The notes under the pieces: generated by a model
What the model saw: only the letters and a program-made list of their open reading frames with translations
The model's database searches: none
What the model was told of the DNA's origin: nothing
Source: a virus
DNA length: 64,000 bases
Virus record (IMG/VR): IMGVR_UViG_3300028563_000014
Span: 1-64,000 of that record
Direction: 5' to 3' (one strand)
In this document: in pieces, positions 54,839 through 63,070 of the stretch
How positions within the stretch are numbered: the stretch's first letter is position 1
Layout: each line of letters begins with the position of its first letter
Position numbers and translations under genes: made by a program

Positions 54839-55003
54839 CTACTTGACTTCCCGCAGGCCGGTGAAGGCCGGGGCCGTCTCGCGGACAGGGTTCAGCTTCG
54901 TCCCCCAGGCGTCCGCCTCGTTCATCGGCTTCGCGTCCGGGACCGATCCCGGCGCCCCGTTCTTGCGATCGTACTCATCCAGCGGGTTCGCGTTCTCGGC
55001 CAT
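54839..55003 (-). CDS. small hypothetical protein
   Basis: AAGGAG SD; 54 aa. Confidence 0.6.
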   Translation of the reverse strand: MAENANPLDEYDRKNGAPGSVPDAKPMNEADAWGTKLNPVRETAPAFTGLREVK

Positions 55004-55049
55004 GGTGCTGCTCCTTGAGTAAGAATTGAGTAACAATTCCCCGGCGGGC

Positions 55050-55205
55050 CTACCGGCCGCGGGTGATCTTGAACGGGACCGGGGCCGGCGGCTCGTTGTT
55101 GCTGCCGGGCTGGATGTTCGCCAGCTTGGCGAAGTCCGTGTCCTTCGCCGGGTCGCCCTGCTGCCGGACGATCTCCTCGTTCGGGTCCTCGCCTTTGACG
55201 TCCAT
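55050..55205 (-). CDS. small hypothetical protein
   Basis: MDVKGEDPNEE...PFKITRGR; not in ORF track. Confidence 0.55.
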   Translation of the reverse strand: MDVKGEDPNEEIVRQQGDPAKDTDFAKLANIQPGSNNEPPAPVPFKITRGR

Positions 55206-55206
55206 A

Positions 55207-55377
55207 TCAGCCCCCCTTCAGGTTCTTGCAGGGAGCCGGCGGCTCCGGCGGGTTGGTCGGGTTCGCGCGGTAGTCGCGCTCGGCGACTCGCTCGTCGTTC
55301 TTGCGGGCCATCTCCTCGGCCTCGACCGAGGAAATGCCCTTGTTCGTCTTCAGGGCGATCTCGCGCAGCGTCGGCAT
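55207..55377 (-). CDS. small hypothetical protein
   Basis: GGAGG SD; MPTLREIALKTNKG...; not in ORF track. Confidence 0.55.
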   Translation of the reverse strand: MPTLREIALKTNKGISSVEAEEMARKNDERVAERDYRANPTNPPEPPAPCKNLKGG

Positions 55378-55379
55378 GT

Positions 55380-55592
55380 TCACTTCCTCCCGCGAAACGG
55401 ATTCTTGTCGATGACCGGGCTCCCGCTCTCGGTCGGGTCGTCGGACAGCCCGCCGCTGGCCTGGCGGGAGATCTCGATGTACGAGTCGCGGCGACCGAGC
55501 CCCGGGTTGGCCTCGTCGGCGGTCACGCCGGCCGGCAGCCCGGGTACGTCCTCGATCACCTTTGCGGGCGGTGGGCCCTTCGATGCGGACAC
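55380..55592 (-). CDS. small hypothetical protein
   Basis: 70 aa. Confidence 0.55.
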   Translation of the reverse strand: MSASKGPPPAKVIEDVPGLPAGVTADEANPGLGRRDSYIEISRQASGGLSDDPTESGSPVIDKNPFRGRK

Positions 55593-55595
55593 GGC

Positions 55596-56021
55596 TCAGT
55601 CGTCCTTCTTCTCGTCTCCGCCACCGTCCTCGTCGTCTTCCTCGTCCTCGTCGTCGCCCGGTTTTTCGTCGGGCTCGTCGTCTTCGTGGGCCTCTTCGAT
55701 CTCGTCGGCCAGGTCGTTCACTTCGGAGACCAGGTCGTCCGCCATCGACAGGACGTTCTTGAACGCCTTCTTCGTGGCCTTGTCCTCGTCGCCCATCTCC
55801 TCGCCGCGCAGGTCCTTGAAGGCATCCTGGACGGTGGTCGCGGCCTCGCGGATCCGGCCCCAGAGATTGCTGGGGGCCTCGTCGCCGCCGGTCCCCTCGT
55901 CGTCGTCCGGATCGACCTCCTTGCCGCCCGTGCCGCCGCCAGCGTCCCCGCCGTCATCGGCGCCGCCATTGCTGCCCTTCGCCCAGTTGCGCAGATCGTT
56001 CTGGTCGGCGTCGTTTCCCAT
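55596..56021 (-). CDS. highly acidic protein
   Basis: Asp/Glu-rich 141 aa; own promoter. Confidence 0.65.
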   Translation of the reverse strand: MGNDADQNDLRNWAKGSNGGADDGGDAGGGTGGKEVDPDDDEGTGGDEAPSNLWGRIREAATTVQDAFKDLRGEEMGDEDKATKKAFKNVLSMADDLVSEVNDLADEIEEAHEDDEPDEKPGDDEDEEDDEDGGGDEKKDD

Positions 56022-56071
56022 GGCGCCGATGATGCGCGGCGCGCGCGGCGGGTGTCAAGAACGCCCGGGGA

Positions 56072-56350
56072 CTAGGACCAGGTCGAGATCTCGACCGTGG
56101 CCGGACCGCCGCTGACGGCGCGCAGCCAGATCTTCTGGATCGTCATGCTCTCGAAGCGGCGCGAGGACGCCTTCAGGTTCGCGCTGTCGAGGCGCCCGTG
56201 CTCGTTCTTGCCGTCGTAGGAGAAGGCGACCACGGACGCGGTCGAGACGTAGATCTCGAGGTTCTTCATCACCGCGCCCGCGTCGTAGTCGGGCAACGTG
56301 TTGTACGTCGTCGTCGCCGTGGTCGCTACCGATGCCGCGCTGGCTGCCAT
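56072..56350 (-). CDS. small beta-rich protein
   Basis: 92 aa; own promoter. Confidence 0.6.
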   Translation of the reverse strand: MAASAASVATTATTTYNTLPDYDAGAVMKNLEIYVSTASVVAFSYDGKNEHGRLDSANLKASSRRFESMTIQKIWLRAVSGGPATVEISTWS

Positions 56351-56492
56351 GCCGGAGAGCCTACGCGCCGGCAGAGCCGCGGGTCAATTCGAGCGGCGAG
56401 CAGACCCCCGCCAGCCTGTGCACCTCGCGGTGCGCGCCGGCACGCCCTGAAGCGTGAAGCTCGGCAGCGGGAGCCAACCGCTGACGAAGCTA

Positions 56493-57413
56493 TCACAGCC
56501 CCGGGACGCGCGGGCGGACCGGACCCGCGTCGTCGAGCTGCGGCGAGGCCGGCCAGGAAGCGAGCCACGGAATAGTTACGGCACGATCCTGGGGCCGATT
56601 GGGGGGTTGGAAATACTCCACCACCTTGCCCGTCGGGACCCCGCGACTGTTCTTTACTACCCAGCGGAACGGCTTGTCGACGTCGACAGTTTGCCCGTTC
56701 AGTTCGATGGAGTCCTCGCCCGTCCGGTTGTCGATGGTCTCCACCAGGCGTTTCATCAGCCTCGGGACCTGCGCCTTCAGCGCCGCCATCCCAACCTGGT
56801 TCGACACCCCGTAGGCGTAGGACACCTCGGTGCGCACGATGCGCTCCGCCCGCCAACGCTGCTTAGCGAACACCCCGTCCGTGCCCGCCACCCGGTCCAC
56901 CGCCTCGTCCACGCCCTCGCCCTGGAGCATGGAGAGCGTCAGCTCGTCCCGGATCTTCTTCACCACCGGTGGCCCGTACAGCTCGCTCGACCGCTTGAAG
57001 TGGTCCAGGAGCGACGGCGCCTGGCCGCGGTAGGCGCGCTGGAACACCGCCGCCTGGCTGGGTTGGAGCACCGGGGCCAGGCCCCCGAAGTGCTTCTCCA
57101 GGGTTTCCACGGCGCCCACCAGGTGGCGGGGGGCGAGCTTGGCGGCGAGCCCGCCGGTGTCGTCCAGGTGCTCGGCGATCTCCCCCTGGAGCTCCCGCAC
57201 GGTCGCCGAGACCTGGGCCAGCACCTGGCGCAGGTGCTGCGCGCCGAACGTCTGGCCCTTCCCCGCGCGCACCATCCCGGTCAGCTTCCGCTCGAGGTCC
57301 GTCCTCGACCGCTCGTAGAACTTTTGCAGGCGGCCCACCCCGCGCACCTCCGTCAGCCCGAACAGCTGGCGCCGGTGCAGGTCAACCATGCGCATGACGG
57401 CGGAGACGGCCAC
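56493..57413 (-). CDS. minor head protein (SPP1 gp7/Mu F-like)
   Basis: RAERIVRTEVSYAY, DNRT, LNGQTVDVDKPF, PPNRPQDR. Confidence 0.88.
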   Translation of the reverse strand: MAVSAVMRMVDLHRRQLFGLTEVRGVGRLQKFYERSRTDLERKLTGMVRAGKGQTFGAQHLRQVLAQVSATVRELQGEIAEHLDDTGGLAAKLAPRHLVGAVETLEKHFGGLAPVLQPSQAAVFQRAYRGQAPSLLDHFKRSSELYGPPVVKKIRDELTLSMLQGEGVDEAVDRVAGTDGVFAKQRWRAERIVRTEVSYAYGVSNQVGMAALKAQVPRLMKRLVETIDNRTGEDSIELNGQTVDVDKPFRWVVKNSRGVPTGKVVEYFQPPNRPQDRAVTIPWLASWPASPQLDDAGPVRPRVPGL

Positions 57414-57419
57414 GGCGGG

Positions 57420-57707
57420 TCAGCCCTCGTCTTCGCCGCCGTTGACGGCGTAGTCGGTCAGGTAGGCCGCGGTCATCGCGATCTGCGACCGCTTCACCGA
57501 CCCGAACAAGTACATCCCGTCGAATCCGTCCTCGTCGATGGCGACGATGACGATCCCGGCCGGTTTCTCCTTCGCCGCCAGGAGCACGTGCAGGCGCTTC
57601 AGCGCGTCCTCCGGCTTGGCGGCGCCCGGGAAGGCCTCCATCTCCCCGGCCTTCCTCCGCCCGCGCCCAGCCTTCTTCCGCGGCGGCAGGGTCAGGACCT
57701 TGGCCAC
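57420..57707 (-). CDS. hypothetical protein
   Basis: 95 aa. Confidence 0.55.
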   Translation of the reverse strand: MAKVLTLPPRKKAGRGRRKAGEMEAFPGAAKPEDALKRLHVLLAAKEKPAGIVIVAIDEDGFDGMYLFGSVKRSQIAMTAAYLTDYAVNGGEDEG

Positions 57708-57714
57708 GGGCTGG

Positions 57715-58257
57715 CTACCCGCCCCTCGGCAGGTCGGAGATCGCCGCCACCAGCCCGCCCCGCCCGAACGGGTTCTTGGGCGCCTCGACCCCCTCCTCGC
57801 CGGACGGGACCTGAACCGTGTTCGGGTCCCCGTCCAGCGCCAGGGCCTGGACGACGTGGGGCCCTACCCCGTAGGCCGAGGCCTGGCTGGGCGAGACGAT
57901 GTCCGGGAGCGCGGCCAGCGCCTTGTCCCACGGATCTTCGACCGCGTGCCCGTCCACGGTCAGCGGCCGCACCAGCTGGGCGTTCCGGTGGCGCCGGATG
58001 GGCACCACGTTCGGGTACGCCTGGGGCGCTCCCGCTTGCGGCTGGTAGGGCGCGGGCGCCGGGACGAAGGCCTGCGGGGCGGGCGCCAGCTGCGCCAGCC
58101 TGAGGACGCCCTGCGCGTCCTGGACGTAGACGTAGCCTTCAGGGGCCGGCGGGAGCTGCGAGGAGGGGGACGGCGCCCGCGGGGCTGGGGCCTCCTCCCG
58201 GGTCGCCGCCGGCCTGCGGCCCCGGGAGGCCCAACGCCTGAGGTCGTCCTGGCTCAT
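57715..58257 (-). CDS. Pro-rich hypothetical protein
   Basis: 180 aa. Confidence 0.55.
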   Translation of the reverse strand: MSQDDLRRWASRGRRPAATREEAPAPRAPSPSSQLPPAPEGYVYVQDAQGVLRLAQLAPAPQAFVPAPAPYQPQAGAPQAYPNVVPIRRHRNAQLVRPLTVDGHAVEDPWDKALAALPDIVSPSQASAYGVGPHVVQALALDGDPNTVQVPSGEEGVEAPKNPFGRGGLVAAISDLPRGG

Positions 58258-58654
58258 GGGGCAACTGTACCCCCAGCTCCGCCGCCAGCGCTACGAAAGA
58301 CGGAAACTCGGCCCGGTCGTCGACGAAGCGGTCGGCCCGCGGCTTCCCCGGGCCCTCCCACACCGGCACCAGCCCCCACACCCCCTCGGCCCGCAGGAAC
58401 GCCCTCATCTCGTCCAGGAGCGCCCACTGCTCCAACGCGTCCGGGTCGACCGCGCCGGTCTCCGCGTAGGCGTCGCCGGCGCCCGGCTCGCCCGGGCACG
58501 GGGTCGCCCGGCAGGTGTGGATCACGACCGGCACCCCGGCCACCACCGCGCCCAGCAGGAACTCCCGCGCCCCGGGCCGCCAGCGCAGCGGCGCCGCGTC
58601 CTTCTCCACCAGCGTGCCGTCGAAGTCGACGGCCGCCGCGTACCAGCCGGGCAC
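58139..58654 (-). CDS. HAD-superfamily hydrolase
   Basis: AVDFDGTL, IHTCR, GKPRADRFVDDRA. Confidence 0.8.
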   Translation of the reverse strand: MPGWYAAAVDFDGTLVEKDAAPLRWRPGAREFLLGAVVAGVPVVIHTCRATPCPGEPGAGDAYAETGAVDPDALEQWALLDEMRAFLRAEGVWGLVPVWEGPGKPRADRFVDDRAEFPSFVALAAELGVQLPHEPGRPQALGLPGPQAGGDPGGGPSPAGAVPLLAAPAGP

Positions 58655-58657
58655 CGG

Positions 58658-60415
58658 CTACGCCTCCGCCTCGGGGCGCGGGCCCCGCCCGGTCCCCTCG
58701 CCCGTCAGCGCGCGCATCGACTCGCCCGTGACCCCGGCCTCGGCCGACGCCTCCGCCTGGGCCAGCATCTCCGCCTGCTCCCGCTCGACGTTCTGCTGCA
58801 TCGAGGCCACGTCACGTACCTGGAAGATCGGCCCGGCCACGTGCTTGCTGGCCGTCTCCCGGTCCACCAGCTCGCCCGCCTTCGCCGCCACCGCGTTCTG
58901 GATGTCCAGGCCCTCCTCCTGCGGCGTCTTGCTGAAGTACGGACCCCACTGGATCGAGATCTGCCCGCCGGGCCCGAGCTCCTGCGGGACAGGCGTCACC
59001 TTGCCGTCCGCGCCCATCACCAGGCGGGGAGGCAGGCGCAGGTCGAATACGCCCACGCGCTTCTCCCCGTCCGGCCCGTCCGGCAATGGGATCGGCTCCG
59101 CCGACGTGAACTTGCGGACGATGGCCACGGCGATCTCCAGGGTGCGCACGATGGCCCCGCCGTACTGGTCGCGCAGCTCGTCCGCGCAGGTGAGCATCGG
59201 CTCGAACATGAGCTTGATCGCGAGCGAACTCACCGCCGATCCGCCGACCTCGGCCGGGTCGACCATGATGCAGCGGGTGAGGGCCTGGATGCGCTTGTCG
59301 AGCTTGTCGGCGAGCTTGCCGGCCGCCTCGATGCCGGCGCCGGTGATCTCCAGGAACCCGGCCTTGCCGTCCTTGCCCAGCTCCAGCGCGCTTCCCGATC
59401 CGAGCGGCACCGGAGAGCCGGCTGCCGCTCCGGACTGCTTCGGGTCCGTGGCCGTCCACGGAGTCGGGTCGCAGGTCTGCAGGACGCCCTTGTTCATCTG
59501 GGAGAGCAGGCGGTCCAGGACGTCGATCATCTTCCAGGCGCCCTCGCAGTCGGCGTCGCCGTCCAGCTCCTCCTCGTCCTCGTGGTTCTGCACCCAGACG
59601 CCGGGGAAGAACCCGAGGTCGTGCTTCGTGTAGAGCGCCGGGTCCGGCGTCCACTCGAAGTCCTCCGGCTTCGCCCCCTCGGCGCGGACGGGCTTGTACA
59701 CCACGTCTTCGATCTCCGTGATGATGCGGCGGTAGATCCACTCGACCTCTCTCACCCCGACCACCTTGTTCGTCTTCTGGTCGATCACCGGCTCCTCGCG
59801 CAGGACCGACCAGGTCTTCAGCATCGCCGCCGGGGTCCAGGTGCGCCGGTCGCGCCAGAGCACCTTGCAGTGCTTCGAGTTGTGGACCTCGAGCGCCATC
59901 TTGGAATCGCGCATGTGGACCGTGAGCGCGACCGACCCCACCGCGCCGCCCAGGTTGCGCGCCGAGCGCCACTTCGGCCAGAAGCGCATCTGCTTCCGCA
60001 GTTCCTCCAGGAGCGCCTCCGTCTGCGGGTCCTGCTCGACCATCACCTGAGGCAGGCGCTGCTCGCCGAACAGGAGCCCGGTGAGCCGCCGCACCACCGC
60101 CTTCGCCGTGTTCGTCTCGACGCTGGGCTTCTTCTGGCGCGTCGATAGGCCCTGCGCGATGACCTCGAACCCGGGCGGCTGCTGCACCACCTGCGGCGAC
60201 TGGGTCTCCCAGAGCTCCGGCGGCATGCCCCACCAGTCGTACTTCTGGTGGTCGTACTGCTCGCCTCGGTAGAACGCCTCGTATCGCTCCAACTGCTCGT
60301 AGCGCGGCCCGGCGTTGTAGGGCCCGGGGCTCGTCTTCTCCAGGAACTCGCGCGCCTGGATCTGGGTGAGCGCGAACGGGTCGAGAACTACCTTGCCTTC
60401 GGGTGAGTACGCCAC
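58658..60415 (-). CDS. portal protein (SPP1-like)
   Basis: RYEAFYRGEQ, NTAKAVVRRLTGLLFG, HDLGFFPGVW..N, SSLAIKLMF; synteny. Confidence 0.85.
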   Translation of the reverse strand: MAYSPEGKVVLDPFALTQIQAREFLEKTSPGPYNAGPRYEQLERYEAFYRGEQYDHQKYDWWGMPPELWETQSPQVVQQPPGFEVIAQGLSTRQKKPSVETNTAKAVVRRLTGLLFGEQRLPQVMVEQDPQTEALLEELRKQMRFWPKWRSARNLGGAVGSVALTVHMRDSKMALEVHNSKHCKVLWRDRRTWTPAAMLKTWSVLREEPVIDQKTNKVVGVREVEWIYRRIITEIEDVVYKPVRAEGAKPEDFEWTPDPALYTKHDLGFFPGVWVQNHEDEEELDGDADCEGAWKMIDVLDRLLSQMNKGVLQTCDPTPWTATDPKQSGAAAGSPVPLGSGSALELGKDGKAGFLEITGAGIEAAGKLADKLDKRIQALTRCIMVDPAEVGGSAVSSLAIKLMFEPMLTCADELRDQYGGAIVRTLEIAVAIVRKFTSAEPIPLPDGPDGEKRVGVFDLRLPPRLVMGADGKVTPVPQELGPGGQISIQWGPYFSKTPQEEGLDIQNAVAAKAGELVDRETASKHVAGPIFQVRDVASMQQNVEREQAEMLAQAEASAEAGVTGESMRALTGEGTGRGPRPEAEA

Positions 60416-60567
60416 CCCGTCAGCCTACGCGCCGAAGCCCGAGGCCCGCAATATGCGCCACAGGAGCTGGCGGATCCGTCCGGGCGGTGGCAGCGGCGGC
60501 TCCAGCGCGTACTGGGACGGCTCCACGTCGGCGTAGCCGTCCCAGCCCGCCGTGCTGGCGGGGATGG

Positions 60568-61014
60568 CTACGACCGTCGGCTGGCGCGCTGCAGGGCCAC
60601 CCGGCGCTCCGCCTTCGAGACGCTCCGGTTCGCCATCAGCTGCCGCTCCAGTTTCTTTCCGGTCGCCCATCGGTCGAAGTCCTCCGGTGTCAGGAACTGG
60701 GCCAGCAGGTCCGTGGGCGTGAACGCCATCTTCGCCCGCGCGTTGCGCCACTGGCCCTCGTGCGGGAGCCCCGCGGCCGCGCTGCCGACGTTCACCGGTA
60801 CCCGCTCGGGCGGCCACCAGACGAACCCGTGCGCCTCCATCGCGCGGGCGTAGGCCTCCGCCTTCCGCCCGTCCGCTACGCGCGCCACCACGTCGGCGTG
60901 CTCCAGCAGGTCGAAGGCCGGGCGCTGATCTACGCTGCCAGCGTCCGTGCCCGCCTTGATGCGGTTCATCGCCTCGCGCAGCGCGCCCTCGTCGAAGTTG
61001 AAGATCTTCGGCAT
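60568..61014 (-). CDS. hypothetical protein
   Basis: TGATG-coupled start MPKIFNFDEG. Confidence 0.6.
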   Translation of the reverse strand: MPKIFNFDEGALREAMNRIKAGTDAGSVDQRPAFDLLEHADVVARVADGRKAEAYARAMEAHGFVWWPPERVPVNVGSAAAGLPHEGQWRNARAKMAFTPTDLLAQFLTPEDFDRWATGKKLERQLMANRSVSKAERRVALQRASRRS

Positions 61015-61187
61015 CACCAGGTCCTGGTGTCGCTCTCGTCCTGCAGCTGCGCCCGCGCGCCGCCCTCCCGCCACGCCGCCTGCTCCCTGTCCGCGGCCAG
61101 GGCCCGCTCGCGCCCCTGGCGCAGCGCCCGGCTGACGTCGCGGTGCCACCGGTACCAGGCGAGCAGCCGGCGAAAGAGCGCGATCAC
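61014..61187 (-). CDS. small hypothetical protein
   Basis: MIALFRRLLAWYRWHR...; overlaps both neighbours; not in ORF track. Confidence 0.5.
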   Translation of the reverse strand: MIALFRRLLAWYRWHRDVSRALRQGRERALAADREQAAWREGGARAQLQDESDTRTW

Positions 61188-61678
61188 TTCCAGGCGCCCG
61201 CCCGCTTGTCCAGCCGGGCCGACCCGGACATCTCGCGCTGGCGCGCCATCATCTCCGGGTGCGTCTCCTGCCCCGGCTTGGCCACCATCATGAAGTCGTA
61301 CCCCGGCGCCTCCTCCCGCGCCGCCTTCACCTCGTCCGAGAACTGCGCGGACATCGGGTCCGTCGCCCGCACCGGCACCCGCCGGAACTCCTCGGGCTTG
61401 GCCGCGTGCGCGCCGGCCGAGGTCTTGATCAGCAGCACCACCTCGAACGCCTCCAGGCGCTGGGGCGGGATCTTCGGCTCGGCGCTGCCGCCGCCTTCGG
61501 ACGAGAGGGGCTTGCTCATGCCGGGCAGGATATCACGCGAGACGGGCACGCCGGGGTAGAGCTTGGCGATCTCCTCCGCGCTGAGCCTTCGCCCCTTCGA
61601 CGTGCGCGGGTCACGCCACGGCTTCAGGCTCGGGGCGTCCTTCATGTCGCGGTAGTGGAACCTGGTCCGCGCCATCAC
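61184..61678 (-). CDS. hypothetical protein
   Basis: 164 aa, coupled to neighbours. Confidence 0.55.
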   Translation of the reverse strand: MMARTRFHYRDMKDAPSLKPWRDPRTSKGRRLSAEEIAKLYPGVPVSRDILPGMSKPLSSEGGGSAEPKIPPQRLEAFEVVLLIKTSAGAHAAKPEEFRRVPVRATDPMSAQFSDEVKAAREEAPGYDFMMVAKPGQETHPEMMARQREMSGSARLDKRAGAWK

Positions 61679-62124
61679 CCCTCGCCCGCTGCCGGGTCCT
61701 CCGCCTCCGGCGGCGGCGCGCGCTCCGGGTCCACCACCACCGGAGGGATCCGCACACGCGCCCGGCCCTGCTTCCCGGCCCCCTCCGGCGGCTGGCGGAT
61801 CTCGTAGACCGTCATCCGCGCCCCGGGCTGGACCACCAGGAACATCGCCTGGTGCGGGTAGATCAGATCGCCCGCCTGCTGCGCGGCGCGCTCCACCTGC
61901 GTCAGCGACATCTTCGCGCGATCCTCCGAGGACAGGACGAAGACGAACGCACGCTGGTCCTGCCCCAGGTCGAAGGCGTAGGAGCGCAGCGGCGCGGCGA
62001 TGTCGAGCCGGTCGGGCTCGAACGTCTCCAGCACCATCTGGCGCCGGTCCTTTTTCTTTGGCTTCGGGCGGTCCCCCGGCGGCGCGGGGACGGGCTTGGT
62101 CGCTTGGCTCATGCTGGTCATCAC
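61675..62124 (-). CDS. hypothetical protein
   Basis: 149 aa, coupled to neighbours. Confidence 0.55.
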   Translation of the reverse strand: MMTSMSQATKPVPAPPGDRPKPKKKDRRQMVLETFEPDRLDIAAPLRSYAFDLGQDQRAFVFVLSSEDRAKMSLTQVERAAQQAGDLIYPHQAMFLVVQPGARMTVYEIRQPPEGAGKQGRARVRIPPVVVDPERAPPPEAEDPAAGEG

Positions 62125-62909
62125 CTCATGTTCAGGTCTCGCCGCCCGTCACCGGCGATGCGCCGGTTCCCCCACTGGTCGATCGCGGACTTGCAGAACC
62201 ACGCCGCCATCACCCCGTCCGTGGTGCTGTACTTCGGATAGAGCGAGAACTGCCTGAAGAACACGCACCAGGAGCAATCGTGCCCCTCCGGGTGCCCCTC
62301 CCATTCGCCCGACGGGAAGGACCACGCCCGGTTCGAGAACTCCACCTCGAGCCCCGGCAGACCGAACGCCGGGTCCGCCTTGTTCTTCCCGGTCGTGTGC
62401 GCCTCGACCTTCATCCAGAGAGACGGGTAGGCGGTCTTGCCCTTCTGGATCCAGTCGATCAGCGAGCCCTGGTACGCGTTGTTCTCGACCATCACGTATT
62501 GCACGTTGTGCCGGCCGCAGACGTCCGCCAGCATCATCGCCGTCTCCGGGCTCGACCAGGCGCCGTGCACCACCTCCGCCACGATCCGCCGCCGCGTGGT
62601 CGGCTCCACCACTACCACCACGATGAAGTTGCCCGGACGGGTGGCGGAGGACAGGTCGACCCCGACGTAGGCCGGCCACATGCGCCGGCGCACCTCGGAG
62701 ACGATCAGGCCCGGCTCGCAGCAAAGCTTGAAGCTCGGGAACTTCAGGTCGCCGGGCTTGATCACCTGCATCCGGAACCCCTGCAGCCACATGGCGTGGC
62801 CGCCCTCGTCGCCGCCGCGCGCCTTCTGCTCCAGGACGTCGCGCGGGAACTTGCTCTCCCACAGCGGCAGGTCCGGGAGCTTCTGAACGCTGACGGCGCG
62901 AGGGCTCAC
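62121..62909 (-). CDS. terL: terminase large subunit, C-terminal RNase H-like nuclease domain only
   Basis: LPLWESKF linker, YVGVDLS, VMVENNAYQ, TGKNK, YPKYSTTDGVMAAWF; no Walker motifs. Confidence 0.8.
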   Translation of the reverse strand: MSPRAVSVQKLPDLPLWESKFPRDVLEQKARGGDEGGHAMWLQGFRMQVIKPGDLKFPSFKLCCEPGLIVSEVRRRMWPAYVGVDLSSATRPGNFIVVVVVEPTTRRRIVAEVVHGAWSSPETAMMLADVCGRHNVQYVMVENNAYQGSLIDWIQKGKTAYPSLWMKVEAHTTGKNKADPAFGLPGLEVEFSNRAWSFPSGEWEGHPEGHDCSWCVFFRQFSLYPKYSTTDGVMAAWFCKSAIDQWGNRRIAGDGRRDLNMR

Positions 62910-62912
62910 GTT

Positions 62913-63011
62913 CTAGCGCCCCACCTCGACCATGCCCTTGAAGCTGCAGCCGCCGTGGAAGTAGGCGCCCGCGTCCGCGTTCGGGAACTTCTCTCCAGGC
63001 TTGGTCTCCAT
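62913..63011 (-). CDS. 32-aa hypothetical peptide
   Basis: AAGGAGG SD before ATG. Confidence 0.45.
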   Translation of the reverse strand: METKPGEKFPNADAGAYFHGGCSFKGMVEVGR

Positions 63012-63070
63012 CGGGCCTCCTTGTCGTTCTCGGATCTGCTCTTCTCCAGTCACTGCCAAAATAGGCGGCT

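Noticed and set aside
56392-56482. tRNA
   Set aside because: No TPsiC (GTTCRA) arm, D-loop consensus or CCA end
60425-60817. ORF between the hypothetical gene and the portal
   Set aside because: Largely overlaps another gene, and the non-overlapping part has no convincing start
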